A stretch of 64,000 bases of DNA from Macrostomum hystrix. Taxonomy: Eukaryota > Animalia > Platyhelminthes. The DNA lies in contig CATNEN010000003.1 of the NCBI GenBank assembly GCA_950097015.1, positions 7,130,001 to 7,194,000 of the forward strand. Reading direction: 5' to 3'. A program made the position numbers and the translations under genes. The notes below the pieces were generated by a model. It did no database searches. It saw nothing but the letters and a program-made list of their open reading frames with translations, and was not told where the DNA came from. Shown one piece after another: positions 1 to 10,552 of this stretch; position 1 is the first letter of the stretch; every line of letters starts with the position of its first letter.

Positions 1-693
1 TATTAAAAATCAATTTGCGAGCACAACAGAGATTAGATAAAAGCAGGTTTTGCAAATTCCAAATCACCAATGCTTAGGTAAAATAATTATTAAAATCAAA
101 TATGAATATGATAATGAGTTGTATGCTGGTTGCACTAGAATTTAATTAGCTAAAATAGTAAAAACAATTTTTAAAGCAGTAAAACAAATCGAATGAGTTT
201 AAATTAATTTCTTTTCCGGTTCGTCTAAAAAGCTAAAAAACACAATGAAGTCCAGCTGCATAACGCATATTGTCCTAATAAATTATGATTCATTAGGAAA
301 AGCCAGGGAAAAATACTGAACACAGAACAAGAAGTTAAAATAGAACTAGCTGTTAAACCAAGCCAATGAAAAAACATAAGACAAAAGAAAGACAAATTAA
401 ACAATAATTAGGCTATTATAGACAGCTCAAACACGCTATAAAGTGTCACAGTTTACCAATTAGTGTAAAGAAACAAATGGAATAAGAAATTTCAATCCTT
501 AAAAGAATGCTAATCTCAAAAAGGAATTAAAAACTTTAAAAACCAAAAACGCCAAGAAAAGAAGACTAAAATATTTAAATGGCAGAAGCATTTTCTTCAA
601 TCAGAAACTGTCATTACTCACATTATTATTATTTTGACGTTTTATCTCACTCTCCTAATCTCATCTCCTTCTAAGTAGGAGTTCAGCTCGCAT

Positions 694-3543
694 TTAATAG
701 AACTTCTTAGCCGCGTCTTGTCGCCTTAAATAGTAGAAGCCCAGGCCAAACATGGCCGCAGTTTGTAGTAGGATGGCGCAGTATAGACCGTTGTATGTAG
801 CACAATTGCTAACCTCCGGCTGCTGCTGCTGCTGCTGCTGCTGAACAGACCGGCCAACTCGTTCAGATAATTCCGAATGCCTAGTAGTCAAATGATCCAT
901 CTTGTCGGCTAGTCTAGTTAGGGTGTCGCGCAATTCGCGAGTTCCGTAAGCATCGGCTCCAGTTGAGGCGACAGCCTTAGGTAGGGCCTCCTTAACACTG
1001 GCAATCTCTTTCTTAACATCACCAACAGATTTAGCTAACTCGGTCAGACTAGTAGCCAAATCTTGCCTAGCACTTGATACAGCAGCCGTTACTTCGTGAA
1101 TCGACGCCCGGATATGGGATTGCTCTTCCCAGATCTGGCGGTACTGTCGCAGGGTTTCATCTTCGCTGTAACTGCCAGAAGCCTTCTGGGCGTCAGAGTG
1201 CAAACCTTCGACCGCTTCCCGATGGCTCTTGGCGATGGCGTCAATCTGATCCTTGAGCTTCTTGGAGTATTCTTCGTATTCTTGTTCGTACTTTTTTCGT
1301 TCAGCCTCGGCTGCGGCGTCCGAGGAAGCGGAGCCGGAGGAAGCAGGAGGAGCGCCCTTCACCGACAGCGAGTGCACGATGAAGTTGTAGACGTCCATAT
1401 CATCAGAGACGGCTCCAGTGGCAGCCGTAATGCCGAAGTAGCCCTTGGCTGGCAGAACTACTGAATCCTTCTCGAAGCAGAGCTGGCAAAATGACACAAT
1501 TTGACAATTAACAAAAATATTTTTACTTGCAGGAGGGCTGCGGGCAATGGCACGTCATTTGGTGACACTAGACCTGCAGCCAGCGAGGAGGCAATTCTGC
1601 CTATTTCGTTGACTCCTGAGAACAAACGCACACGCTCACACAGGTGTGTACATCTGCCCTGACTTTCTCTCATCGTCAGGCAGTGTACACTCTCACTGTG
1701 CCTTGAGAGGCTGGCCCTCAAGGCCCTAAATCGCACGACAAACCTCTAAGCCCTCTCTTCGCGGCTGCGACCAAAATATATGTGGCCTCGCCGCGTAATC
1801 GCGCTAAGGGACCTTGGTGCGAGAGACAAACGCGTTAACCGCTCTGCCACTCATCCTCCTGAGAGTCCCTGTTTAATACTGATACCTCTGTCTTCAATAT
1901 TTCTAATTAGATTAGTAATATAAGCCTTATAATGTGGGAACAAATAGTGTTCGAGCGTATAAAAGAAATACTTCCACTCTTACCTCATAATCGCTGTCCT
2001 TATCCTCCGAAGCCACACCATTGTTGATGCTTAGCGACAACTTCTTATTAAGATACTGCAGCCTCAGTCGCACTGGGAATGGCCGATTTCGATAATCTCT
2101 GATGCAGTGGCCGATATCCTGGCCCAATCCGTCTGTGTCGTGACTCCAAGCCAGATCCTTATTGGCGCTAACGAAGGCGCCAATCTTTGGATTGTCCTGC
2201 TTGCCATCATTGTCATAGGTGTCCAAGACTACAGCAAGGCCGGTCCAATTCTGCGGCCCGCCAAACACACCGGCGCCAGAAGATGCTAGATTATAGTCCG
2301 GCTTCTCTTGGCCAAACCAGATGGCGAGGCCGTCGCCGCCGTGTCGACCAACGCCGGTGACACGGATGCCAACGTCGATGCGAAAGTTGGCGAAGTCGGC
2401 CAATTTTTTGGACCAGACATGGCCCTGCTTGCCAGACATTGATGGAGTCAAACGGATGTAGGTGTCACCAGCGATGGCGTCTGTGTATGTTGGTTTTTTT
2501 AAGAAGCTTCCTGCACTTGTCCCACTACTAACAGTAAACAATTTCTTAAAAACTCCTAAATATCAAGAATAAAAATTTCTATATACAAATTAATTTATTA
2601 GAAATTGTTAATGGTAAATTGACATGAATTTAAATTTTCAATTCAGTTAACCTAGATATACAAAAGGCTAATTTTAGTTGTATAAAATTGGCTGTATAAA
2701 ATAAAAATATACCAACAGTGTTGGGCACAGTTCTTGTTACTAGGCACAAATTTGTTAATAATTTTGCAACATTACATTTTCGTGTTACTATTGGCTTGTA
2801 ACAAAAATAATGGTAACCAGTTGTTACTACTATTTTCATTGCTCATTGGTAATGCGCTCAACACTTTATATCAATAGGGTATTTATTTATCAACTAAATA
2901 AGCATTTTAGTTAACTATAACCAATGGCATAGCATTACTGTAAATTGACAAAAATGCTAAAAAATACATAAATACATTGTCTCTTTCTTACAATATGATG
3001 ATATAATATATATATATGTATATATATATGCATAGTTATCTAATATAATGAGGGATAGAATATAATTATATAACCTAACTACATATTACCAAATATTGAT
3101 GAATGACAGAACTCAATTATAATTATGTATATTTCTTTGCAAAATCAATTTAACATTTAGAAAATAATAAAAAACGGTTATTAAATACAATATAAAGTAC
3201 AATTATACAGCTGCTACTAAGTATGGTTAAACATTTCTGTATTAATCCTTTGACTTGATGATTATAGGCATGTGTTAGTGTTATAAGCTTTAATAAATAA
3301 CATGTATTGAAAAGCAAGTATTGTGCTTAAGAAGCTATACTGTATTATACAGTTTGTATAAATTTACTTACGTCCTCCATAATCCCAGAAAGGAATAGTA
3401 CCATCCTTTTGAGTTAGGAAAGGTCCTTTAAACGATACTTTGTATTCAAATCTAGCAAATGGTTCAGTAGAATCAGACAATATGAATGGTACAGAAACAC
3501 AAATAAATAAAAGAGTTCCACAGAGGAAATTGTAATACTTCAT
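694..3543 (-). CDS. LMAN1: ERGIC-53 / lectin mannose-binding 1 (L-type lectin cargo receptor), 3 coding exons
   Basis: Exons 3543-3372 (MKYYNFL...RFEYKVSFKGPFLTQKDGTIPFWDYGG), 2480-1984 (AIAGDTYIRLTPS...GGDGLAIWF...DTYDNDG...CIRDYRNRPFPVR) and 1482-694 (LCFE..LPAKGYFGITAATGAVSDDMDV, coiled coil, TM, C-terminal KKFY). GT-AG introns with consistent phases; the di-lysine/di-aromatic tail is typical of ERGIC-53. Confidence 0.95.
1527..1859 (-). mobile_element. tRNA-derived SINE family A, near full-length copy in LMAN1 intron 2
   Basis: Minus strand starts GGAGGATGAGTGGCAGAGCGGTTAACGCG (A-box-like tRNA head). The body is homologous to copies at about 30370, 33240, 44690, 54990 and 63730. Confidence 0.8.
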
Positions 3544-4793
3544 TCTTCTATAGACAGCCTTTAATACAATTGTGGTCTTAAACTTGAAATATTGCTAGAT
3601 TAGAATTCCGGAATGAGCGATGATAAAAAGTTATGATTAATGTAAAATTATCGCACAAAGCGACACTTTAAATTGTGCAAATGAAACGTATGTATTTTAA
3701 TATAACAAAAATAGTCTTGATGCTTGCGAAATTAAAGATACTATACAAATTTTATTTGTAGTAGTAACTTTTTTGTAATAAAAGCAACCTTAAATGCGCT
3801 TTATATAGTAATTAACTTTTACTTCTTTAGGGGTCACTAACCTTAATGACTCAATTAGCACTCGCTGTTGATCCCATCAAAATTAGACTAAAACATCGAT
3901 GCAATTATAACGTGTTCATTTCTTCTATGAGTAAATATCTTGAGTGCAACAAAACTACTTTTCAGTGCGTTTCGGTTGTGCTAGTGATCCGGCCTCCCTA
4001 TTATATAGCATATTTAGTAATGAGAAGTTTTCACAATTGTTTGTGCATAAAAAAACTCAATGCAAAGTTTATGTACACATGGTCATTAAGTTATAATATT
4101 CACGCAATCCGTCCTCTGCTAGCAGAAAGCTTATTAAAACGAATTATTTTTTTCTGAATATAAACATTTATTGAAACGGTGTGCGGGCGCGGGCCAGTAT
4201 CGAGGCATGACGAAAACTTTTTTGCTCTCTCACAATTGTAAGAGCTTTGGCTTAAAACCCTTTAACTTAAGTAATTAATGTACGGTAATTAAGAGTTGCT
4301 TGTCTCCAAAGAAATTTTCCTAGCCTTTAAAAAAAATCTTTTTTTCCGGTTGTTAGATGCCACGTGAGAGAATTTGCATTAAAAGTAATTATATTAGAAT
4401 ACAATTTTTAGGTTTCATTATTGCATTCGCCAATTAATAATGGGATAGGTTGGACAATAGAGTGGCTTATAATTACTACTTTTCACCAACCGTGGCACAC
4501 ATCTTTGTAATTTACGAGCTAGATTGCATTATAATAAAGACAGGAAGCTGATGAATACACACAGAGTATGTAATTGACGGAGTAGCTTGTTCGAGATACT
4601 ATCGTTGTCTTAATAAATTTCAAGCCCTGTGAATATCTATGCGCTTTACATGTGGGTCGTGGCAGTTCTCATGGCCTTGCGAGCTGATAAATATTGAGAC
4701 TTTACTAACAAAAATGGGTAAGTGCTGTTGCAGAAGCCTAAATTCCATTTGCTTTTGTAGAAGAGATTGACAATTTGACATACACGCCTAGAA

Positions 4794-5687
4794 ATGCTGA
4801 AAGGTTGCCTGACATTCATCATTATTCTCTGCTTATTTTCTGATCTTTGCCCAATGAACCAAGGAGCTTCACTGCAATCGGCAGGTAATAATAATACATT
4901 GCGTTTAAAATCATGATTCCCTGATTACTGAACATCTAATTAATATCGTCGATTTACAACTAATGTAGGTAAAATTCCCAGAACCATTTGCATGTCTGTG
5001 GTTGTGGTTAGTCGCATTCTAATTTTCGGCTGTTCAAATTTAAATTTTGGGCTCCAACAAGGTCCTAAAGTATTTAAAAGTATTATGTGTCTTTAACTCA
5101 AAATGAGAACAATATAAAAAAACAGAAACTGAATTTTCGAGAAAAAGAAACAATCGTTTGAGATTATAAAACAAAAATTTCTAAAAATAGAAACAAGTTC
5201 GTGTTTCTAAAAATAGAACATTGCAAGTGTTTCTAAAAATAAGTGTTATATTATGAGTTATTTTAAATAAAGCAAGTGCAACTTCCAAAAAACACTTGTG
5301 AACTTTCTAATACTAATAAACTATTTTAAAAGCATTTTCACCCATTTTCTAGTTGCAATGTGTCTTTAAGCCCTTTTAATCTCAAAATTGCATTGTAATT
5401 ATTGCAGAAGATGACGCAACAGCTGATGCGTTGGCTGCTTATGCTGAGCAGCTTGGCCTAAAAGATGATCAGAACGACGAGGAGGCCAATTCAGTTGAGG
5501 AAAGGATCCAGTGGGGCTTGCCGTAAGAATTTTGATTTGATTTCAAGTTGCTAGGCCACAGTTAAACAAAAAAACGGTTTGTAACAATAATTCCGCAAAA
5601 TAATAGACTTTATACTCGATCCACACAATATTTTTCAGGCGTTGCGTTTGGAAATTTCTCGATGGCAGGTACCAGGTGGTTTGCTGA
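4794..5687 (+). CDS. 84-aa secreted prepropeptide (signal + acidic pro-region + 2-Cys mature peptide), 3 coding exons
   Basis: Exons 4794-4884, 5408-5522 and 5639-5687 join in frame via GT-AG introns (phases 1 and 2): MLKGCLTFIIILCLFSDLCPMNQGASLQSA-EDDATADALAAYAEQLGLKDDQNDEEANSVEER-IQWGLPRCVWKFLDGRYQVVC*. AATAAA at about 5838 and 5851. Confidence 0.75.
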
Positions 5688-5924
5688 ATCCTTCCGAGTG
5701 GAAGTAAGAACATAATTCGAAAACACTACTGACAACTAGTTGGAAAGTAGTATGCCTTACTCGATCATATTATATTTGTCAAAATCCCACCATTTTTTGA
5801 CACTCGACCAATTTTAATAGCTGGCTCGTTTAGCAAAAAATAAATATGCAAATAAAACTATTTAAGATTCTGTTTACCTTTATCGATCAGCGTTTAAGTT
5901 TCTTATTTTCGAGTAGTTTGATCT

Positions 5925-5934
5925 ATCTAACTAA

Positions 5935-5995
<61 letters not shown>
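5925..5995. repeat. (TATC)n microsatellite
   Basis: Perfect TATC run visible directly. Confidence 0.95.
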
Positions 5996-6007
5996 AGGGG
6001 AGGGACT

Positions 6008-6155
6008 AGTCAGAGATGAGATGAGATGAGACATGGGATAAATGATACAGAGAAGAGATGACACGGGAGAGAGACGCCCGGGAGACACGGGAGAGATGAG
6101 ACAGGGGACAGATGAGAATCTCCATCTCCAGATAAGAAAGAGATGAGACAGGATA
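6008..6155. repeat. short GA-rich degenerate repeat related to the 50.8-52.1 kb satellite
   Basis: Units such as GAGATGAGACAGGGGA and GAGACACGGGAGA are shared with the array at 50805-52130. Confidence 0.65.
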
Positions 6156-6177
6156 CTGTAGGTGTTGAAAGTAGCAA

Positions 6178-6242
6178 CGGGCCGGATTTGGGAGCTTTGA
6201 GGGCCGCATCTGGCCCGCGGGCCGGAGTTTGCCGACCCCTTG
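6178..6242 (-). mobile_element. hAT (Charlie/Buster-type) terminal fragment
   Basis: Minus strand reads AGGGGTCGGCAAACTCCGGCCCGCGGGCCAGATGCGGCCC, matching the terminal/subterminal pattern of hAT-Charlie non-autonomous elements. No clear partner end was found. Confidence 0.55.
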
Positions 6243-6990
6243 TGTGAGGGGTAAGCATTATAGAATAGTATCGCTGAATAAATTATCAGCGATTAACATT
6301 AATGACTAGACATTAAACAAACAATCGTAGAAAAAATTGTTCTTGTTCAAAATTGCGTTTGAGGTTTGAGTAGGTCAACGACGCTGTTTCGTTTTTTGAG
6401 AACACAATTTAGCACCAAATTTAGAATATTTTAATGCACCATAGAAATTCAATATTTTATTTAAAATTTGTATAACTTTTTGTTCAACCAAAATGATTTG
6501 AGTGTTGCATAAAAACTACTTGATTCATTGATACTTGCACAATACTGTCAAAGACATTGACTAAGTTTGAAAGTGAAAGTGAAATCCCCAGTAATGAATC
6601 TTATCAGAAAGTAAATTGTGTAAGTACATAAAAAGAGTTTCACGACTTGTAAAGGTGCTTCCAAAAAGATGCTTACTTAGTATATATACGAGCGTATATA
6701 GTACGAGTAGATACATTCTTTAAATCACAATTCTGATTAGAAAACGATCATTAAAATGTGCAGAAAATTGAGTTTTTGACATGGGAATAGTTAATACGGG
6801 ACATCACATCCAACAATTCTTTCTCAGCTAGTTTAGTATATAGACTAGCAATTTTCGCCCCCTTCGTGAACAGGAAAACACGAAAAGAAAATACACGCAA
6901 AAGTGCATCGAAATAAGTTAAAACCCCAAGCTGGTCGATCAGTTATCATTTTTTCCATTGAATCACTTTAAGTTACTAGTCTCACTATAC

Positions 6991-8064
6991 TCAGTAAATC
7001 CTGTGAAACACAGCGTCTCCACCGTTGAGAATGTCCACAAAACTGGCTGGAATGTAGGGCAGCACAAACAGCCAGCAGCTGCTCACTCGAGCAAACAAAT
7101 AGTAGTGACAGTTGATGCTCTCCTGGCAGAGTGCAGCGCACTCGATCAGGGATCTGGCGGTCTTGGCTAAGCTCAACTGGACTCGACTGACTGCAGCAGA
7201 ACTGATGCTGGGCTGTGCCGCAATGGAAGTGAATGGCTTCTCAACTTCATCGTACTGAACTGCAAGTTGGTCGCACATTCTATATATGACGCAATAGCTA
7301 GCTCACCGATGAAATGAAAAACCCATAAAGCACGTGAAATTCAACTTACTAGTGAAAATGTCGATCTCGCACAGGTGTATAAATAGTATACCCTTCATTA
7401 TTGGATCTGGTTTTATAGATGGCAAAGTACCTGGCCTCAATCGGCTCCACACAGGTCATGTTTATTGGGTTGTCTGCATCGGAGGGAACGTTGCCGTAGT
7501 AGGCACAGAAATTGAACAGACTCAGGCTGAAGTTCGTCCACACGGAGGAATTTACCGATAGCACTGCAATTCGGGTTTTTCATTTCAGTGAATATGAGGC
7601 CATCATGCGGCACACAGGTGAGTGCAAATGGGGAAATCTGAAATACCACTCACAAATAGTAAGCCTGGTCGCTTGGAACGCAGTGGCACCAGCTCTGTTC
7701 CACACCCGGGCACCAGTGACAATGTACTCTTGTTTCACGTCGACCATCCACCACGGCGGTGTGTTATTTGGGTGTGTATGAAAACACTGCCTGCCAGCCA
7801 TGTAGGTTCCATTCGTGTTTCCGTCATTGCCTTGGGTGCAGGCGTTTTCACTCCCTGTGTACATTGTCGACATCTTTGCGGGATTGTTCTTTGGTACTTG
7901 AGTGTTTCGTAAGCCTGAGGCAAGTTGGAAAATTAGCGTTTTTTACCGGCGCTTTTGAGGTGAATATAAATTTATTTGAGGTAAAAATTCTCACCGACAC
8001 AATTGACCAGCTGCAGACCGACTCCGAAGAGAACTAAAAGTTTAGCTGCAATATTTGTCAGCAT
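6991..8064 (-). CDS. secreted F-type lectin (fucolectin domain) + C-terminal PAN/apple-like domain; apparent frameshift near 7390
   Basis: Exons 8064-7995 (signal MLTNIAAKLLVLFGVGLQLVNCV), 7914-7654 (GNDGNTN...CFHT...PWWMVD...VWNR), 7563-7350 and about 7297/7279-6991 (SLIECAALCQESINCHYYLF). The canonical terminal FTLD motif LCEIDIF lies in a shifted frame. Confidence 0.75.
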
Positions 8065-8285
8065 GTCTATTGTGCAATGGACTCGGTTGTGTCCTCTAGA
8101 GCTCCACTTGAATAGTTTGTATAGATTTTTAGGCTGTATCGCTACAATGAGAGAACGAGAGAGGTGGAATTTACCAATTTGTTAGGAATTGTTTAATAAC
8201 TATAAAACTTACAAGCTAAAAATTAAATGCAACTTTTAATCTAACCTTAACGATTCTTAAACAAATAAATATTCGCAAAGCTTTA

Positions 8286-9620
8286 GTGGACGTGCGAGAA
8301 ACGGCTACTGGGCACCGGGATGCTGGCGGTAACGTGGCGCTGCACCTTGGCCGTCTGACATGCGATGCAGCTGCGAGCCCATTGGCCGACGTCCCTGTTG
8401 ATGCCCGGCCACACGAACTTCTCGGACACTAGACGCCGCGTACTGCGTACGGACGGGTGCGCCAGGCTGTGGACGGCATCGAAAACGGCGCGGCGGAAGT
8501 CGGCGGGCACGAGCGGGAGCGGTCGCAGATGACCTCCAGGCCGGTACGCAGCGCCACGCGTTCGAGCCGCAGGCCGGTGCCGGTGAGCGCGGGATCGTCT
8601 GTCCTCTGCGCGCGTGCCAGGGCCGCGTAGTCGATGCCGGGGAGCAGCGGTTGCACAGAGGCGATGGTGCAGCGGGACAGGGCATCGGCCACCGGATTGT
8701 CCTTGTCCGCCACTTGCCGGATATCGGTGGTGAACTCCGACACGTATGCAAGATGCCGCTGCTGGCGCGCTGACCAGGGGTCAACTTGGCCATGGCCGCA
8801 ACCTGGGGTTTGTGGTCGGTGTATAGGCGGTGAAGATGCGTCCTTCCAAAAATAGTGGAAATGCCATGCGGCCAGATAGAGAGCGAGTAACACACGGTCG
8901 AAGGCGCTGTACTTTTGTTTAGCAGGTCGCAGTTGGTGACTGAAAAAAGCTAGTGGCCGCCAGGCCTCGCCGGCACGCTGCTCCAGGACCGCCCCGTTAG
9001 CGGTGTCCGAGGCGTCGACCGTCAGCGCCGTTGGGGCGTCGGGCTCCGGGTTCGCAAGCATGGTAAGCGTCAACCAGGGCTTGCTTTGTGCTGTTGATGG
9101 CGTCCGTCAGCTCCGGTGTCCACTGAACGATCTCTGGCCAGGGCGCTGTAGATGTGGCGCAGCAGCTGGGCGGCCCGCGGGAAGAACCGGTGATAGAAGT
9201 TCGGCCGGCGAAACTCCATTGCAGGCCCTTGACGGCCGCGGGCGGTGTGAATCGGGGGATGGCTTCGACTTTGTTTGGTAGCGGCACGGCGCCCCGGCAG
9301 TTGATGCGGTGGCCCGGAAAGTCGATTTCGCTGCGGCCAAACTGGCATTTGGCTGGATTGACGAGGAGGACGAATATATTGTCTGCCAGGCGCTGGAACA
9401 GCGCGTGCGTATAGGTGCTCCAGATGCCGCTGAGGGCCACGCTCGCCACTAGGAAATCGTAAATATAGGCGAACACGAAGTCCAGTCCCTGGCAATCAGC
9501 AAGCCTGATTGACCGTGTCCATCAGCCGTTGGAAGGCGTTTTTGGGTGCGAATGGCATCCGGAGAAACTCAAACAGGCCGAATGGCGTGATAACGGCCGT
9601 CTTGGCGATGTCGGCCAACT
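8286..9620 (-). mobile_element. degenerate Ty3/Gypsy LTR-retrotransposon pol fragment (RT-RNase H-integrase N-terminus)
   Basis: KTAVITPFGLFEFLRMPF, FAYIYDFLVAS (decayed YIDD), LTVDASD..GAVLEQ..WRPLAFFS, RLYTDHKP, and HSLAHP...FVWPGINRDV...CIACQ (HHCC) occur in several frames. GC-rich island, no LTRs seen. Confidence 0.9.
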
Positions 9621-10552
9621 CGTACTCGTATCCTCGTATCCTCGTATCTTTCTCTTTTAACTTCAATGCGATAGCTGCACGTGCAAACGTATTTATTTTT
9701 TCAACAATTTTGATTCCTTTTTTATTTTTTATTCACGGAAATCTTTCTTTGCTCTGCGGGACTAAATGATTTGCGTGGGTTAGATTTTTGCAAATATAAT
9801 ATTTTCAAAGACGCAAATCAAATTAATCTAACGTAGCTAAAAAATGAAAAAATCCTACATTATATATTAGTCTAACAGGTATCTTATCTGAGCCAATCTA
9901 CTGGATTACTACTATTACACCGGTCAGATTTTTTATCCGCAAAAAGTTTAAACAAAAAGTATTCGTGAGCTACTTTAAGATATAAAACTAAGGTAAAATA
10001 TAAACTACTATATTAGCATTTTTGTGACTTTGTTAATTTAACAGACACAAGTTGTTGTCGCTTTTATACTTAAAAAAATTCTTTTTCATACTTGACTTTT
10101 TAATTTTCGTCTTAAAAATACTCAGTATAGATACTGACTAATTAGCGGATGGATAATCTGACGGCTCTTTTAATGTTGAAAAATCCTAGACTTTAAAAGT
10201 TATAAAATTTCCAGTACCGCGAACCACGAAGGCCGCATAGAAAAGCTTCATCGCAAGACTTATTATTATTTTATTAACACAAAAGAGAATATTATATTTT
10301 AATACACCATTCCTACTCAGTTGGTAATCTTATCATTTACAATACAATACCGCCAGTTTTTTTTACATATAATTGAAGGCAATATTTTTCTACACAAAAA
10401 TATTTCTAACTGAAACGTACGCACATTTTACAGCTCTTTTCATTTGACTTTAACAATTTCTTGTTGATATCTAAACATAGATTTTTTCGCAGCCTCAGCT
10501 CAGGTTCTGTAAATAGGTCTAAACCAATTATTTACTAGCTAGGTTATTTAAT

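Noticed and set aside
4969-5006. Extra exon of the prepropeptide gene (AG..GTTAGT)
   Set aside because: 38 nt; inclusion shifts frame and gives an early stop.
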